DNA of 64,000 nt from Antedon mediterranea. Its lineage: Eukaryota > Animalia > Echinodermata. Shown piece after piece: positions 12,556 through 24,829 of the stretch. Made by a program: the position numbers and the translations under genes. Location of the stretch: NCBI RefSeq assembly GCF_964355755.1, contig NC_092674.1, positions 25,482,001-25,546,000 on the forward strand, given 5' to 3'. Under the pieces are notes generated by a model. It was not told the DNA's origin. It saw nothing but the letters and a program-made list of their open reading frames with translations, and did not search any database. Numbering within the stretch: position 1 is the first letter of the stretch; each line of letters starts with the position of its first letter.

Positions 12556-13710
12556 ATAAAAACTATATTGTTGCAGAATGATTTTAAAGGTTATTACGGT
12601 AAATGTAAAAAAAAAAATTGCAGAAAATTAAAGAAATGTAAAATGTCGAAATCATAATAGGCCTACTGCAATCAAATAAGAAAAACAAAATGTATTTATT
12701 GTCTTAAGTTAGAGAAGAAAATTGTTATTTTGTTGTTTATTCTGGTGTTGCATCAATAGATAAGTTTTTTTATTTTTAAGCATTTTATATTAAACATGTG
12801 TTTTCCCAAAAACATTAATTTATAAAATGAAAGAAGAAAAATGTGTAAGAACTAAATCCAATTGTTATTTTGTTGTTTTATCTGCATTAACTACATTAAA
12901 AAGGTTTGAATTTGAATAGAAATATTAAAACTGGTGTTGCATCAATTGATGAGTTTTTTTCTTGTTATGGTTTTTAATTAAATATGTATTGTACCAAAAA
13001 CATGAATTTAAAAAATGAAAAACAAAAATAAAACTTTCAATAGGCAATTTAATTTTAATTTTACAGTAAAGGTAATGTTTTTTTTTTTATCCAGTTTTAG
13101 TGAATAACTATTATGTGACAATGAAATAATGGCATATTTAACCCAAAAAATGCATTATTTTTTTCAGGGGGACAATATATCTTTAATTTTCTTTAAAAAA
13201 AATTTATTCTAAATTTATGCTCTAAATTTGTAAATAAGGTAGGTGTACTGTATATTATGGAACGCCATCACTGCCTCCGGCAGCAAACGTTAATTCTATT
13301 CGGCTCTTTTAGCATTACGTTCGGCTCTTTTAGCATTCGGCGCATTTCTATTCGGCCCATTTACCATTACGTTCGGCTCTTTTAGCATTACGTTCGGCTC
13401 TTTTAGCATTCGGCGCATTTCTATTCGGCCCATTTACCATTACGTTCGGCTCTTTCAGCATTCGGCTCTTTTTTATTCGGCCCATTTACCATTACGTTCG
13501 GCTCTTTCAGCATTCGGCTCTTTTTTATTCGGCCCATTTACCATTACGTTCGGCTATTTTTTATTCGGCCCTTTTTTATTCGGCGCAATTAAATTCTAAC
13601 CTTTGACATAGGGTCAAATGAAAGAAAATCAACGGCTGGAAATGAGTCTATGAAAAGTTTACAAAACATACAGCCTGCTGCGCTCTGCAGAGTGTTTGGT
13701 TCACTAATTA

Positions 13711-15363
13711 ATTAATGTGTTAGAGAACTTGCAATTGTCCCACCTTATTGACCATTTTGAGAGAGAAAAGGTTTGATTTATTGCCAACCCAAGAGGCTAG
13801 CTAGTAGGCCTACTAGCCTACTAGGCCTAGCCTATAATTAATAGGGTAGTTTATACTAGGCTAGGCCTACTACTAGCTAGGCCTAGGCCTTCTATTCTAC
13901 TTAATTAGGCTAGTAGTACTATAGATAGTAGAGTATCAATCAAAATATTACTATAATTTCGATAGGCCTAGGCTAGACTAGAGTGGTAGTATTGGTTTAG
14001 TAGTAGTTTAGGCTAGGTAGGCTAGCCCAAACAATCCTAACACAATAGGGCTAGACCTAGCCTATTTATTATTACGCTTTCCTAGAGGACTATTATTACT
14101 ACTCTAGGTCTAGCCTAGGCCTACTCTGCTAGGTAGGCCTAGACTAATTCTGTTTGTTTGAGCACTTTTGTTTTAGCCTAGCCATACAACATTACAAAAT
14201 GTCTAGTAGTAGTAGGCCTAGGCCTATACTATATATAGTAGTACGTAGTAGTACCAATGATATTAATAATTATATAGCCGAAGGCTAGATGGCAAACTGC
14301 AATGTTATCGCAGTTCAAGAAGTGCCAAGATGGCGGCTGCAATTGACCAATCAGATATGCCCTACGCAGTATGCACTGCTATAGTTATACGCCTGTGTTG
14401 AGCCTATTCGTGAGAACGATACGCAACGCAGCGTGTTAAGTGTATAATTTTATTCTAAAAACATGACTTAGGTACATGTTCAGTCAGATTTCAGCCTGCC
14501 ACACACTCATGTCAACGTATGAGACGCTGATATAATTGCCAGCTAGATTTTATTTTATGATTGAGTCCCTTCTTCCTAGGCCAAATCAATATTGGTATAA
14601 GTGTTTTGTAATGATTGAACTGATTTATTGATTGATTAACCATAAATCAGTAATGAATTAAATTGTTTTTAACATCATGAAAATGAGGATGTTAAAACAA
14701 AAGAACAAAGTGGATTATTGTACACAAAAAGCCTAACAATAGTACTCATTATTAATAATGATAATTAAAAAACAGGCTTAATTTATAATATTAAAATCAC
14801 AAATGAAACCCTGTAGTTTTCAATATAATACCTTTTTTGAATGAATGATATACAGTATATATTATGACTAATTTTGTAATACCGGACCATATTTGGCGGT
14901 CAAAAACAGTCCTACTGCCCAGACCGATTTTATCCAGGCCGGACTAGTTTTGGCGGTTAAAAAAGGTCTGGCCGGACAGGTTTTGAAAGCCAAAACTGAC
15001 CATATTTAACTATAATTAAAGTATATGTTTAACAAATAACAGTATGATGAAAAAAATCATAGAGAATGTATTGAATAAATATTTATTATTTCTTATTTAA
15101 TATAGATCACTACTGATGTAGTAGAACTTCTGAGTGTCACAGATTTTCAGCTTGTTGGTGTGTATGATGTGGCTACAGTAACAGCAATAAAAGATGAATG
15201 TACAAATTCAAGTTTGTTAAATAAAGGGAAAGCTAATACATATGTCATCAAAAAAGAAGTATTGGAAAGCCTTATTTGTGAAGGCTTCAAGTATTCTGAA
15301 ATTGCTGCTATACTGTGTGTTAGTGTTCGTACAGTATTCAGACGACTACAGATGTATTTTTGA
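13711..15363 (+). pseudogene. Truncated putative transposase: SAM-like domain plus HTH (exons ~13711-13770 and 15106-15363)
   Basis: INVLENLQLSHLIDHFEREK|gt...ag|ITTDVVELLSVTDFQLVGVYDVATVTAIKDEC followed by HTH YVIKKEVLESLICEGFKYSEIAAILCVSVRTVFRRL. No DDE domain present; no in-frame start codon. Confidence 0.65.
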
Positions 15364-17135
15364 ACCAATCCTGAGTTTTCTTCAATGTTCTAAAAACAAT
15401 ACAAATTTAAAATGAATAAAAATAATTTATCACAATCTGTAAATGTAGCAATTGAAGCTAAAACAATAAAACAATTGAATGATATACTATCCATAATATC
15501 TCAGTATGAATAAAAACTATTAAGCTATTTTACTTACAGACTCTGCTTCCATACTTAAGGCATTTTGAATTGGCCGTAAGTAAATTCGGCCTTGCCCTAA
15601 CTTATCTCTGATGTTTAAAGGGGTATAACTTCCCTTCAGAGGTAAAAGTTGTCTCTCATTCCCAAAGCAGAGCATGATTTCAAATCCCCCTGCATTTTTC
15701 AGCTTGGGGAAGCTGGCGAATAAAACTGTTTCAAATTCTTCCGGGGTTGCATTTATATCGGGCGCGGTAACATTTTTTCCTCCAAGTCCGGCCTCTGCCA
15801 GCATCTGCTTTCTACATGCTTTAGGTGTTGCATCTGTATCTGGCTCAGCCAGGCAAACCACCTTTCTTGTCCATGATGATATTTTTTTTTTTTTTTTTTT
15901 GCATATGGCTTAGTTTTGCCTACTGGCAAAAATCTGGACAAAATGGATCCTATTAAAAAACATAAATAGATAAATAGATAACAGTATTTGAAGCCAATAA
16001 TACAAAATTGATCTTTACACACACACACAAAATTCATACTGTAAATTGCTAAATTAATACAAAAAAACACATGAAAACAAAGGTCATGAAGGATAACATG
16101 TGTCGATGGTCATCAAAATAAGTTTTAAAATGAACAAGATCAAAAGAATATGTTCACAAGTAAATAAGGCAGAATACATCAATAGAAGTTTGATAAAGAA
16201 TAATCGGTTATGACATAGCTCCATCGTAAGCCAATTGGATGGCTGAACGGTAGATTATGCTCCTTTAGTGTTCATGGTCCCAAACCCAACGATGCCTAAA
16301 TTTTTTCTTTTTTTGTTTATAACGCTCCATCTTCTTTCTTCACCATTCACCATTTGGAGGGAGGGACGCTTTTAGGGGATTCCATTTACGACTTATTGTG
16401 TGGATAGCCATGGTGTCAAGAAAAAGGGGTAAAAAGGGGGTTAAGTACATAGAGATTGCAATTATAGGACTTATACCTGTCTGTCTACAGTTGGCTCGTA
16501 GACGCTGACGGTCTCCGAGGGTTGCAACCCCCAGACTTGTTAGCTGTGCGTCCGTCAAAGCACCAACTTCATCACTTGTAATCTGAAATGATAATAAGAG
16601 TCTGAAATTGTACACACTATAACAACCTTGCATGCAAAAATACAGGGTTGCTTTGAATTGGCCTACTTAAAGATTAAAAATATAAAGATTATTATTCACT
16701 TATTTCTTAATTATATCTATTTTTTTTAAACTTAATTTTATATAGTTTTATTATATAGTGGATAACTAGGCCTATCAATTATGTGACATTACAAAAAATT
16801 GCATATTTATTAAACAAAAAGTAAGATAATTATTAAGAATTATTTTTTTTCAGGGTGAACAATACATTAAAATTTAGAATGTTTTTTTTTATAAATAAAA
16901 TAAATAAGCCAAATCAATATACAGTAATTAATCATTATTAACTAGGGCCTAGGCCTAGTATAGGGCATAGGCTAGGCCTAGTAAAAAATATTATATGCCT
17001 AGCCTAGGTAGGCCTCTTCTATGACTGTTTTAGTACTTATGGCCCTGGTTAGTACTAGGCCCTCCTCCTAGCCTTAGGCCTAGCCTGGACCTATAGAAAC
17101 TAGGACTGCCTACTAAGTATTAACTATAGTTATTA

Positions 17136-18686
17136 TCTATATATAAATTTACGTAAGGGCAAAATTCGGTAAATCGCGCCTTACTTCTAGAATTTTTACA
17201 CGGTGGTATATAAAGTTGGTTGGTACTTTCGGTACTGATTTTAACCACCTGATGTAACCCTGTTTACTAATTAAATTAAGTTAGATAATTAGTTATTGAC
17301 GATTAAAACGAATTTAGGTTCAACGATTTGCCCCAAATAGGGGTGTTTTCCGATCGTGGTATACACTGTCTAATGGATGTCCGTCTTGAAAAATACCCGC
17401 CACAAAAATGCGAGGAGGCTTCGCATTTTCCTATCTCCTCCTACGATAATTGTTTTTAATAGCTGAAAACCGGTTGAACAGTTCGAGTACAGCATCATAA
17501 TGTTGAAGACAGGCCGATTTTCTTTAAAAAATACTATTTTGATACATTTAATATACGTTTTTACAAATGTATTGATTTGTGATGAATGGAACATTCCAAA
17601 TTATTTGGTTTAACCATACAGGTATAGATTTAGATTTATGGGCCCCCTTGGAGAATAAACATAAATAGTATTGCAATGCTGTACAATACTGTTAAGGTAT
17701 TAACCACTTTTGATCGCAATTTGAATCGCAAATTTCTTACTGTGAGTGTTGGTACTGTTAGATGTAATATAAAAATATATACAAATAAACTTTATTACTG
17801 TGAGTGTGGGTAGGCCCTACTGTTAGATTATAAACATATAATATAGAAATAAACATTCCAAATTATTTGGTTTAACCATAGAGGTATAGATTTAGATTTA
17901 TGGGCCCCCTTGGAGAATAAACATAAATAGTATTGCAATGCTGTACAATACTGTTAAGGTATTAACCACTTTTGATCACAATTTGAATCACAAATTTCTT
18001 ACTGTGAGTGTTGGTACTGTTAGATGTAATATAAAAATATATACAAATAAACTTTATTACTGTGAGTGTGGGTAGGCCCTACTGTTAGATTATAAACATA
18101 TAATATACAAATAAATAAATGTTATTACTGACAGTTGCTTCTCAACGTTTGTATTAATTAATAATTTAAAAATATATAAGCGTCGTAGTGGTGTACTTTA
18201 CTATTTCAATCGACTATGACAGTGAGAGTTTTAACAAAGTACCGTATTAAATCGTAAATGTTTTACTGTATTTAGTGGTATATTATTTATAGGCCTATAA
18301 AACATTAAAAACAATATTTCGTTACTGAGTGGATAAGAATATATTTTAAAATGTTTCCTCTTTGTACCCATCTTCTTCCCCCATCCCTCAACCCTTAATG
18401 TTACATACAAAACACAAATTGGGTTTGTTTAAATGAGTCCAAATAAAAAAATTTGACTCATTTTGTTTTTCTCTCGGAAGTAATTCCCAGGGTGCTAATT
18501 TTGGTTGACTACATAAATCATTGTGTATATTTATTCGTTTCTGTAAACGACAATATGTATTATAGTCCTGCGGTACGTACACTGTTTGAAATCTCCATTT
18601 TTTTCTCGCTGGAAATACTGTGTATTCGAGAACCATCTGTGGGCACGACCTAGATGGTACGCGAGCGAAGCGAGCGTGCCATCTAG
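17136..18686 (+). mobile_element. Non-autonomous Helitron, copy 1 (nested in the TIR element)
   Basis: A|TCTATATATAAA 5' end and hairpin-CTAG|T 3' end (ctagatggtacgcgagcgaagcgagcgtgccatctag). No TSD. Internal ~263-bp tandem duplication near 17590-18115. Ends shared with 33209-35769. Confidence 0.85.
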
Positions 18687-18921
18687 TTATAGTAATTATT
18701 ATTAGGCATACTTTATATTAAACTAACAAGTCTAGCTAGGGTCAATATCCATAAAATGGCCATGACTGTTTAGATTGCATCTCCTCATAGTTTTTCTGTA
18801 TCACGTGTAGCTACTGTTTTGTGTGTGTTACTACTGTGTGACGTGGGTTATCAGGATATTTCACTTTAAGTTTAGGCCTTCTACCTACCCATACAATTTA
18901 TATTACAGATCTAGCCTAGGC

Positions 18922-20225
18922 CATGGATTAAAGAATAGAAGGATATGCATCGACGTGAGATCAAGGGTTCCTTGACTCTCGCCGACAGACCGCGGACCGC
19001 CCACAATGTTACAGTTTAATTAACCGCATGGTAACAACGAAACGGTCGCGTGCCTAATATATTGTTTACTGCACATGTGCAACGACATTTAACCTTGTTG
19101 GCTACTACGCTTCTTTCGCGCGTTCTTTGGTGGCATGATGTTTGTAGATGGTCAACTATTGACTATGTTGGTTTCTGCCGCGATTGATCTACGCTAATGA
19201 TTTTTTTATGATGATTAAAGTAGCATTTTATGACCTGTAGTAGCCCTACATCTGAGACAATAACTATTAGTTGTCTCATTTGTTGTAAAATTACAAAATC
19301 AGCAAGAATGCTAGCCTAGCTAGGCCCAGGCCTTGTACTAACTAGGCTAAACTGGGCTAGTAAACCCTATGATTTGCCGACATTGATACTGCCTAGGTAG
19401 GCCTAGGCTAATCTTAAATACTCACCGTTGTCTTACTTCTTGTGTGAATAATAATAATAGGTAGGCCTACTTCGTTTGTTCGTGATCAAGTTTGCCCTGC
19501 GTGTACTTTTCAAAACGACCGCTAGGTAACGAATCGCAACTATACATAGCCAGCCAATCCCGGATCAGGGATCGCTGTTTTCATTCAATTAGGCCCGGTG
19601 ATTGGATGTGATGTGGATGACATAACCACTAGCCAATCACCAGGCACTACAGTTTAAATATAATCACATCGATAATTAAGGAGATTTATGAAGAAACCAC
19701 TGCTTAGCCATATATTAAAAAACACGATTGTTGTATGTCTGAACACCGGCCACGCTAACAACATACATGGTCAAATGCATAATTTAATATTCTATAGATT
19801 AACGCAATTTTTAATGACAGAAGATGGCAGGCAAATAATGATAATTCAAATATAAAAATGGCATATTTTATTAATATTACCAACTACCTAAAATTACCAG
19901 TCGTAAGAAAGTGAACTTTTCGTAGTCCGATTGTGATGAAACTAAAACAGAATTATTCAGCAATATATGTTTGTTATCAATTAATCATCGACGCAGACAT
20001 GTCAATAGAACATTCAGACTGCGCATACGATTTCTACATGGTTACGTTTTGGTCTCAAAAAATGTAACAGTTGATTCGCAGCGTTTTACAGAGGGCCGCG
20101 GTTAGAGACACGGAGTTCAATGAACGTGTTTGTTTGATTGGCAGCAGTGCTTTAGTATAGGCAAGCGCGTTGTAAAATCGTTTGATGTCACCGTCGATGC
20201 ATATCCTTCTATTCTTTAATCCATG
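18922..20225. mobile_element. P-element-like MITE (nested in the TIR element)
   Basis: Perfect 34-bp TIR catggattaaagaatagaaggatatgcatcgacg, CAT..ATG ends, 7-bp TSD cctaggc. Confidence 0.8.
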
Positions 20226-20978
20226 CCTAGGCCTAGGCCTAGCTTAGACCTAGTGTCAGACTAACATTTAATAATAATAATAATCATTTACCCTTTCTCT
20301 CTCAAAATTTGTTAAAAGATTACTTAAATTTAGGTTATTCAACACATCTTTAATCGATTGGCTACTCATGGTTGGCGCATGATGATGAATTGTAAACTTT
20401 TCATAGACTCATTTCCAGCCGTTGATTTTCTTCCATTTGACCCCATGTCAAAGGTTAGAATTTAATTGCGCCGAATAAAAAAGGGCCGAATAAAAAAGAG
20501 CCGAACGTAATGGTAAATGGGCCGAATAGAAATGCGCCGAATGCTGAAAGAGCCGAACGTAATGTTAAATGAGCCGAATAGAAATGCGCCGAATGCTAAA
20601 AGAGCCGAACGTAATGGTAAATGGGCCGAATAGAAATGCGCCGAATGCTAAAAGAGCCGAACGTAATGGTAAATGGGCCGAATAGAAATGCACCGAATGC
20701 TAAAAGAGCCGAACGTAATGGTAAATGGGCCGAATAGAAATGCGCCGAATGCTAAAAGAGCCGAACGTAATGCTAAAAGAGCCGAATAGAATTAACGTTT
20801 GCTGCCGGAGGCAGTGATGGCGTTCCATAGTATATACAGGTATTAACTTCAGCGTTGTTTGCTTGTCATACCTTGAGTTACCGCTTGGTGGCGCTTTTTA
20901 GCTAACTCGAGTGTTTACGTTACGTAGCGTACAGTTTTAATTTTTCTCTACAAAAAGTAAAGTAAATTTGTAATTAAA

Positions 20979-23900
20979 ATGAATTCTGACGAGTTAGCAG
21001 ATTATGTCGAGAAGAAGTACAGAAAAGAGTATGAACCTAAAGGACACTGGCTAGCAAGAAAGGAGTTTCTTCTTAGAAATTGGGCAGATTATCCAGAACG
21101 ACAAATTGTATGCCTGTCCATGGTTTGGTCAAATATGGAGTACGATGGAAGCACGTAAGTACCGCATGATAAGGGATAGGTAGTGACGATGTATACTATA
21201 GGACTAGGCCTACTACAGCTTTGTTTGTTGTTCGTCTCTTGCTTTGGTTTGTTCTGATATTGATGGTGGCAAGTTTTCGGCGTGTACGGAAAGTTTCAAC
21301 TTTATTACCTTAAGAATAATATTATTGTAACACTACAGACTCATCAGACAGTCAGAGAGAATATTATTAATAATAATATTTCAAAATACTGTACAGTAAA
21401 ATTAAATAAAAGTAAATACTGTAACAGTACTGTAATAAAATATTTGTAGACCCTTTAATTAATATTAACTTGCCATCAGCATGCCAGTGTTATATTTATT
21501 TGTTTGTTGTTCAGCTTTAGTTTTTTTTTGGTGCAGCCAGTACTGTATCATTTAATAATTAATACTGTAATTCTTATTTAAGTTCAGATCATCTAGGCCT
21601 ATCTCTATCTATCCATATCGTTGAATAGTACTACTAGTACTGTAAGTACTACTAGCCTAAAAGGTAGGCCTACTCTAGAACAAACCACAACATTTATTTA
21701 CAAATTGCACATTAATCTTGTTTATGACAAATATCCACGGTAAAGATCAAATACACAACATTAACAATGAATCATTGTGCTTTCATGTGGTAGGTATCAC
21801 CCAGAATTGATGGATAAAGTGAAGGACTTGGCTGCAGGCATTATCCCCAACGACCCCTAAACACAAATTGGTAAGAAAATTTAGGTAATCAATTTAGTAA
21901 TGTGCCTGCTTTTTATTTATTTATTCATGGGGACAATCTTTAACTTTTAATAAATAAGTTTACCAAGACACAAATTGTTCCATATTGACATTGCTGGTCT
22001 GCAGGACAATTTTGGCAAATATTCTATTCTACTGCCAGATTTACCAAATTTAACTTACCCTAAAAACATTGTGGTGGCGCCAACCTTTTTTCACCACCAA
22101 AAAAAACAAACTAAAATGAACTTTTAATTGATGTTAATTACTGTACCTTCTTCCATTCAACTTCAATAATAAAATGGGTGAGTACCTACAGTATTACATG
22201 TTCAATGGTTCTGTACCGTATGTGTCCACTTTCAAAACATGTCTTTGTCCACATCAAAACCAGTGTAATCAGGGATACTGTATGACCTACTCTTTCATTT
22301 GGTTTTTACAAAATGTTTATTTCTCCTTAAAAATTCTGCACTAGGATTATTAACATTGTTTTGCAACTGTTTTGCTATCATGTGACACGTGCAAGCGAAA
22401 TCAGACATTAGTTGGAATTTTCAAAATTGAAATTTTCGCAAATACTACTACATACAGTAATCCAAGATTTAAATTACTGAAAAACATATCTTGATACCAT
22501 GTCCACTTTCTATTCAGATATTACAGTCTAAAGTTTTTTCCACATCAAACCAATGTAATTATTTCATTTGTTTTTTTTACAAAACAATGTTTTCCTACAC
22601 AATTTTGCACTAGGATCTTATTATTAACATGTTTCCCAATGTTTTGCTATTAACAGTAGCATTAAATTATCCTCGGCCAATTGAAATGCTAAAAATAGGA
22701 CCCTACAGTAATTACATTATTGCAATATTTGTTTTTGTTAAGTGTTGGGAGAATTTGACTCGGTATGGTTTCCTTATTTAAAATAAAATTTATATTGTAC
22801 TGTAGATATGCAACTGAACTAATGGAAAAGGTAAAACTTCTTGGAAGTGGAATTGATCTGCAATTGTATGATTCAATTACTACTAATACTACTACAACTA
22901 AAACACCAAAACAAACAAGTTTAAAAAGAGCATCTTCAGAACCTACTGAAGATACCCCAGCCAATAAGATTAGAAAGAACTCTGATGCCAAGGAAGAGCC
23001 ATCCATCAGTCATCAGAATGATTCCGTTTGTAAGGAATTACCAGACATTTTAAAAACATTTATCAGGAAACTTCCTCCTCAATCAACCATAAATCAATCA
23101 AACGCTATCGATATTTTCTATATTACTGCTAGTAAAGCAAGAATTCATCCGGACATTTCGTTTACAGAGAAGAAAGAACCGATCACTGATAATCCAATCA
23201 AAAAAGGAAAGAAGAAGAAAATTGTGATGGCAACATCGTGGTTATGTAGACTATACATCGGTGATTTGCTAGTTTGCTCATCAGAGAGTTTGAACAAAAC
23301 TGAGGCTAAACGCAAGTGTTTTGCAGACGCTGTCACTATGCTGTTTAATCCAAATGTTTGCGTGAAGAACGTGAACTATGTTGTAGAGGACGAACGTAAA
23401 CACACAACTGAACTTTTTATTGATCTTGCTTCCAACGATTTAGTTGCGGACGCAAAGAGTGCAACGATCAAACAATCAGAGAGCGACATTGACGTAAAAA
23501 GTAAGCCTTCAGTGACATTGTTGAGTAAAAATTCAAATACTGATAAAAACGGTTTTGGGAACTTTATTCTTGTTGAAAGTTCAACGCATGAGGTCCCAAT
23601 AACCACAATTATGTCATCAGCTGCAAGAAACAAAGTTGAAGCTGTTATTGAGATATCTGATTCACCTGTCAGTCACAATAAGGAAACTGGTTATTTAGCG
23701 ACGTTGTTGCTAGGGGATAAAGTGGTAGCACGTGCAGTCAACCAAGACAAGAAAGCGGTGAAGCACGCAGTGGCTGAAGCGGCAGTTAATTTGTTAAAGA
23801 CTTGTTGCTATACTATCAAAACTCGATTCCATGAGCATGAAAATGCGCAAAGTAATGCTGTTAGCATGAAGGAGGTCAACACAGAGGATGAACAAAAAAT

Positions 23901-24324
23901 TACCTCAGGCATCGGCATGGAACTCCTTAAGAAAATGGGGTGGTCTGGGGAAGGTGGCCTAGGAAAGAAAGGCCAGGGCCGAGCAGAACCGGTGATGGTT
24001 GTAGAAAAAAGCAACCGTAAAGGTTTTGGTACTTCAACTATTAAACAAACTGATATAACTTCCCTCAAACAAATGGTGAAGAATTTTGCTATCGAAGGTC
24101 GTGAAGATGACCTGGTGTTTTCTTCCGAGTTGAATAATGAACAAAGAAAAGTGTTGCACACCACTTGCCGTAAATTTAATTTAAAAAGCACTTCATACGG
24201 CAAAGACGATGATAGGTACCTCATCATAAGTCCTAAAAGAAACATTCAACAGTTGGCTGAGTATATAGAAAAGAATGGTGGAGAAACTTTACAATATATA
24301 CTTATACCTCCATCTAAAAAATGA
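20979..24324 (+). CDS. NKRF: NF-kappa-B-repressing factor-like protein (XTBD, dsRBM-like x2, G-patch, R3H), about 564 aa; exons 20979-21154 and 22806-24324
   Basis: Exon 1 MNSDELADYVEKKYRKEYEPKGHWLARKEFLLRNWADYPERQIVCLSMVWSNMEYDGS (XTBD-like); donor ac|gtaagt, phase 2; acceptor tgtag|a tat gca act gaa cta (YATELMEKV). G-patch GIGMELLKKMGWSGEGGLGKKGQGRAEPV followed by R3H. Confidence 0.85.
21794..21860 (+). CDS. Alternative exon 2a giving an 80-aa XTBD-only isoform (CDKN2AIPNL-like)
   Basis: tag|g tat cac cca gaa ttg atg gat aaa gtg aag gac ttg gct gca ggc (YHPELMDKVKDLAAGIIPNDP*). Same phase as, and homologous to, the start of the long exon. Confidence 0.7.
22380..22500. repeat. Dispersed repeat fragment, also present inverted at about 60700-60820
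   Basis: gtgacacgtgcaagcgaaatcagacattagttggaattttcaaaa matches the reverse complement of about 60776-60820. Confidence 0.55.
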
Positions 24325-24829
24325 AACCCTGTATTACTATAATTTAGGAAAATTATAGTAATTAGCAATATTGATTGGTACCATCATTTTCGCTTCTAGT
24401 TTTTTAAACGTCCAAATTCATGGTGCGCTACTCTAGACATAATTAACAATGTTCATTTCATTCAAAATCACAGGATCTTAGGAGGTGAAATTATGCCCAT
24501 AAGTATTTTTAATGTTTTTAAAAATGTAAATCCTTTTTTTTTGGAAATTTATAGTGTTCCATACATTTTGTGTTAAAACTTGAAATATTTTGTATCCAAA
24601 ATAGAATAAAACAACAATATACATCTAGCTGTAGAATTTACAGAAATAATTTATTAATAATACTCATGCTGTATTTATGAATTGTTAATACAATTAATTA
24701 AACAATGTTTGGAAACTTTATGATATACGGTAGTAACCAATTATGTATAAAATATTTTTAAAAATGGACAAATTCCAAACCTTCAAAATATGTATTGAGA
24801 TAACATTCACAAACCACATTATGTGATTC

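Larger units (their letters stand above)
15361..20369 (-). pseudogene. Second transposon gene: SAM domain plus uncharacterised domain (exons 20369-20292, 16582-16477, 15949-~15538, 15389-~15361), truncated
   Basis: MSSQSIKDVLNNLNLSNLLTNFERER|ITSDEVGALTDAQLTSLGVATLGDRQRLRANC with GT-AG junctions. Then WTRKVVCLAEPD...FPKLKNAGGFEIMLC...GQGRIYLRPIQNAL. Frameshift in a 19-nt homopolymer at 15882-15900. Confidence 0.7.
13256..20829. mobile_element. IS3EU-like DNA transposon, internally deleted, with ~410-440 bp TIRs
   Basis: TIRs 13256-13664 and 20390-20829 (tatggaacgccatcactgcctccggcagcaaacg...) with internal ttcggc repeats. 6-bp direct repeat gtatat on both flanks (13250-13255, 20830-20835). TAY..RTA termini plus 6-bp TSD match the IS3EU description as I recall it. 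Confidence 0.75.

Noticed and set aside
13256-20829. Polinton or ISL2EU classification of the TIR element
   Set aside because: No AG..CT termini or viral genes for Polinton. An AT TSD with GG..CC ends is formally possible, but the exact 6-bp repeat and TAT..ATA ends fit IS3EU better.
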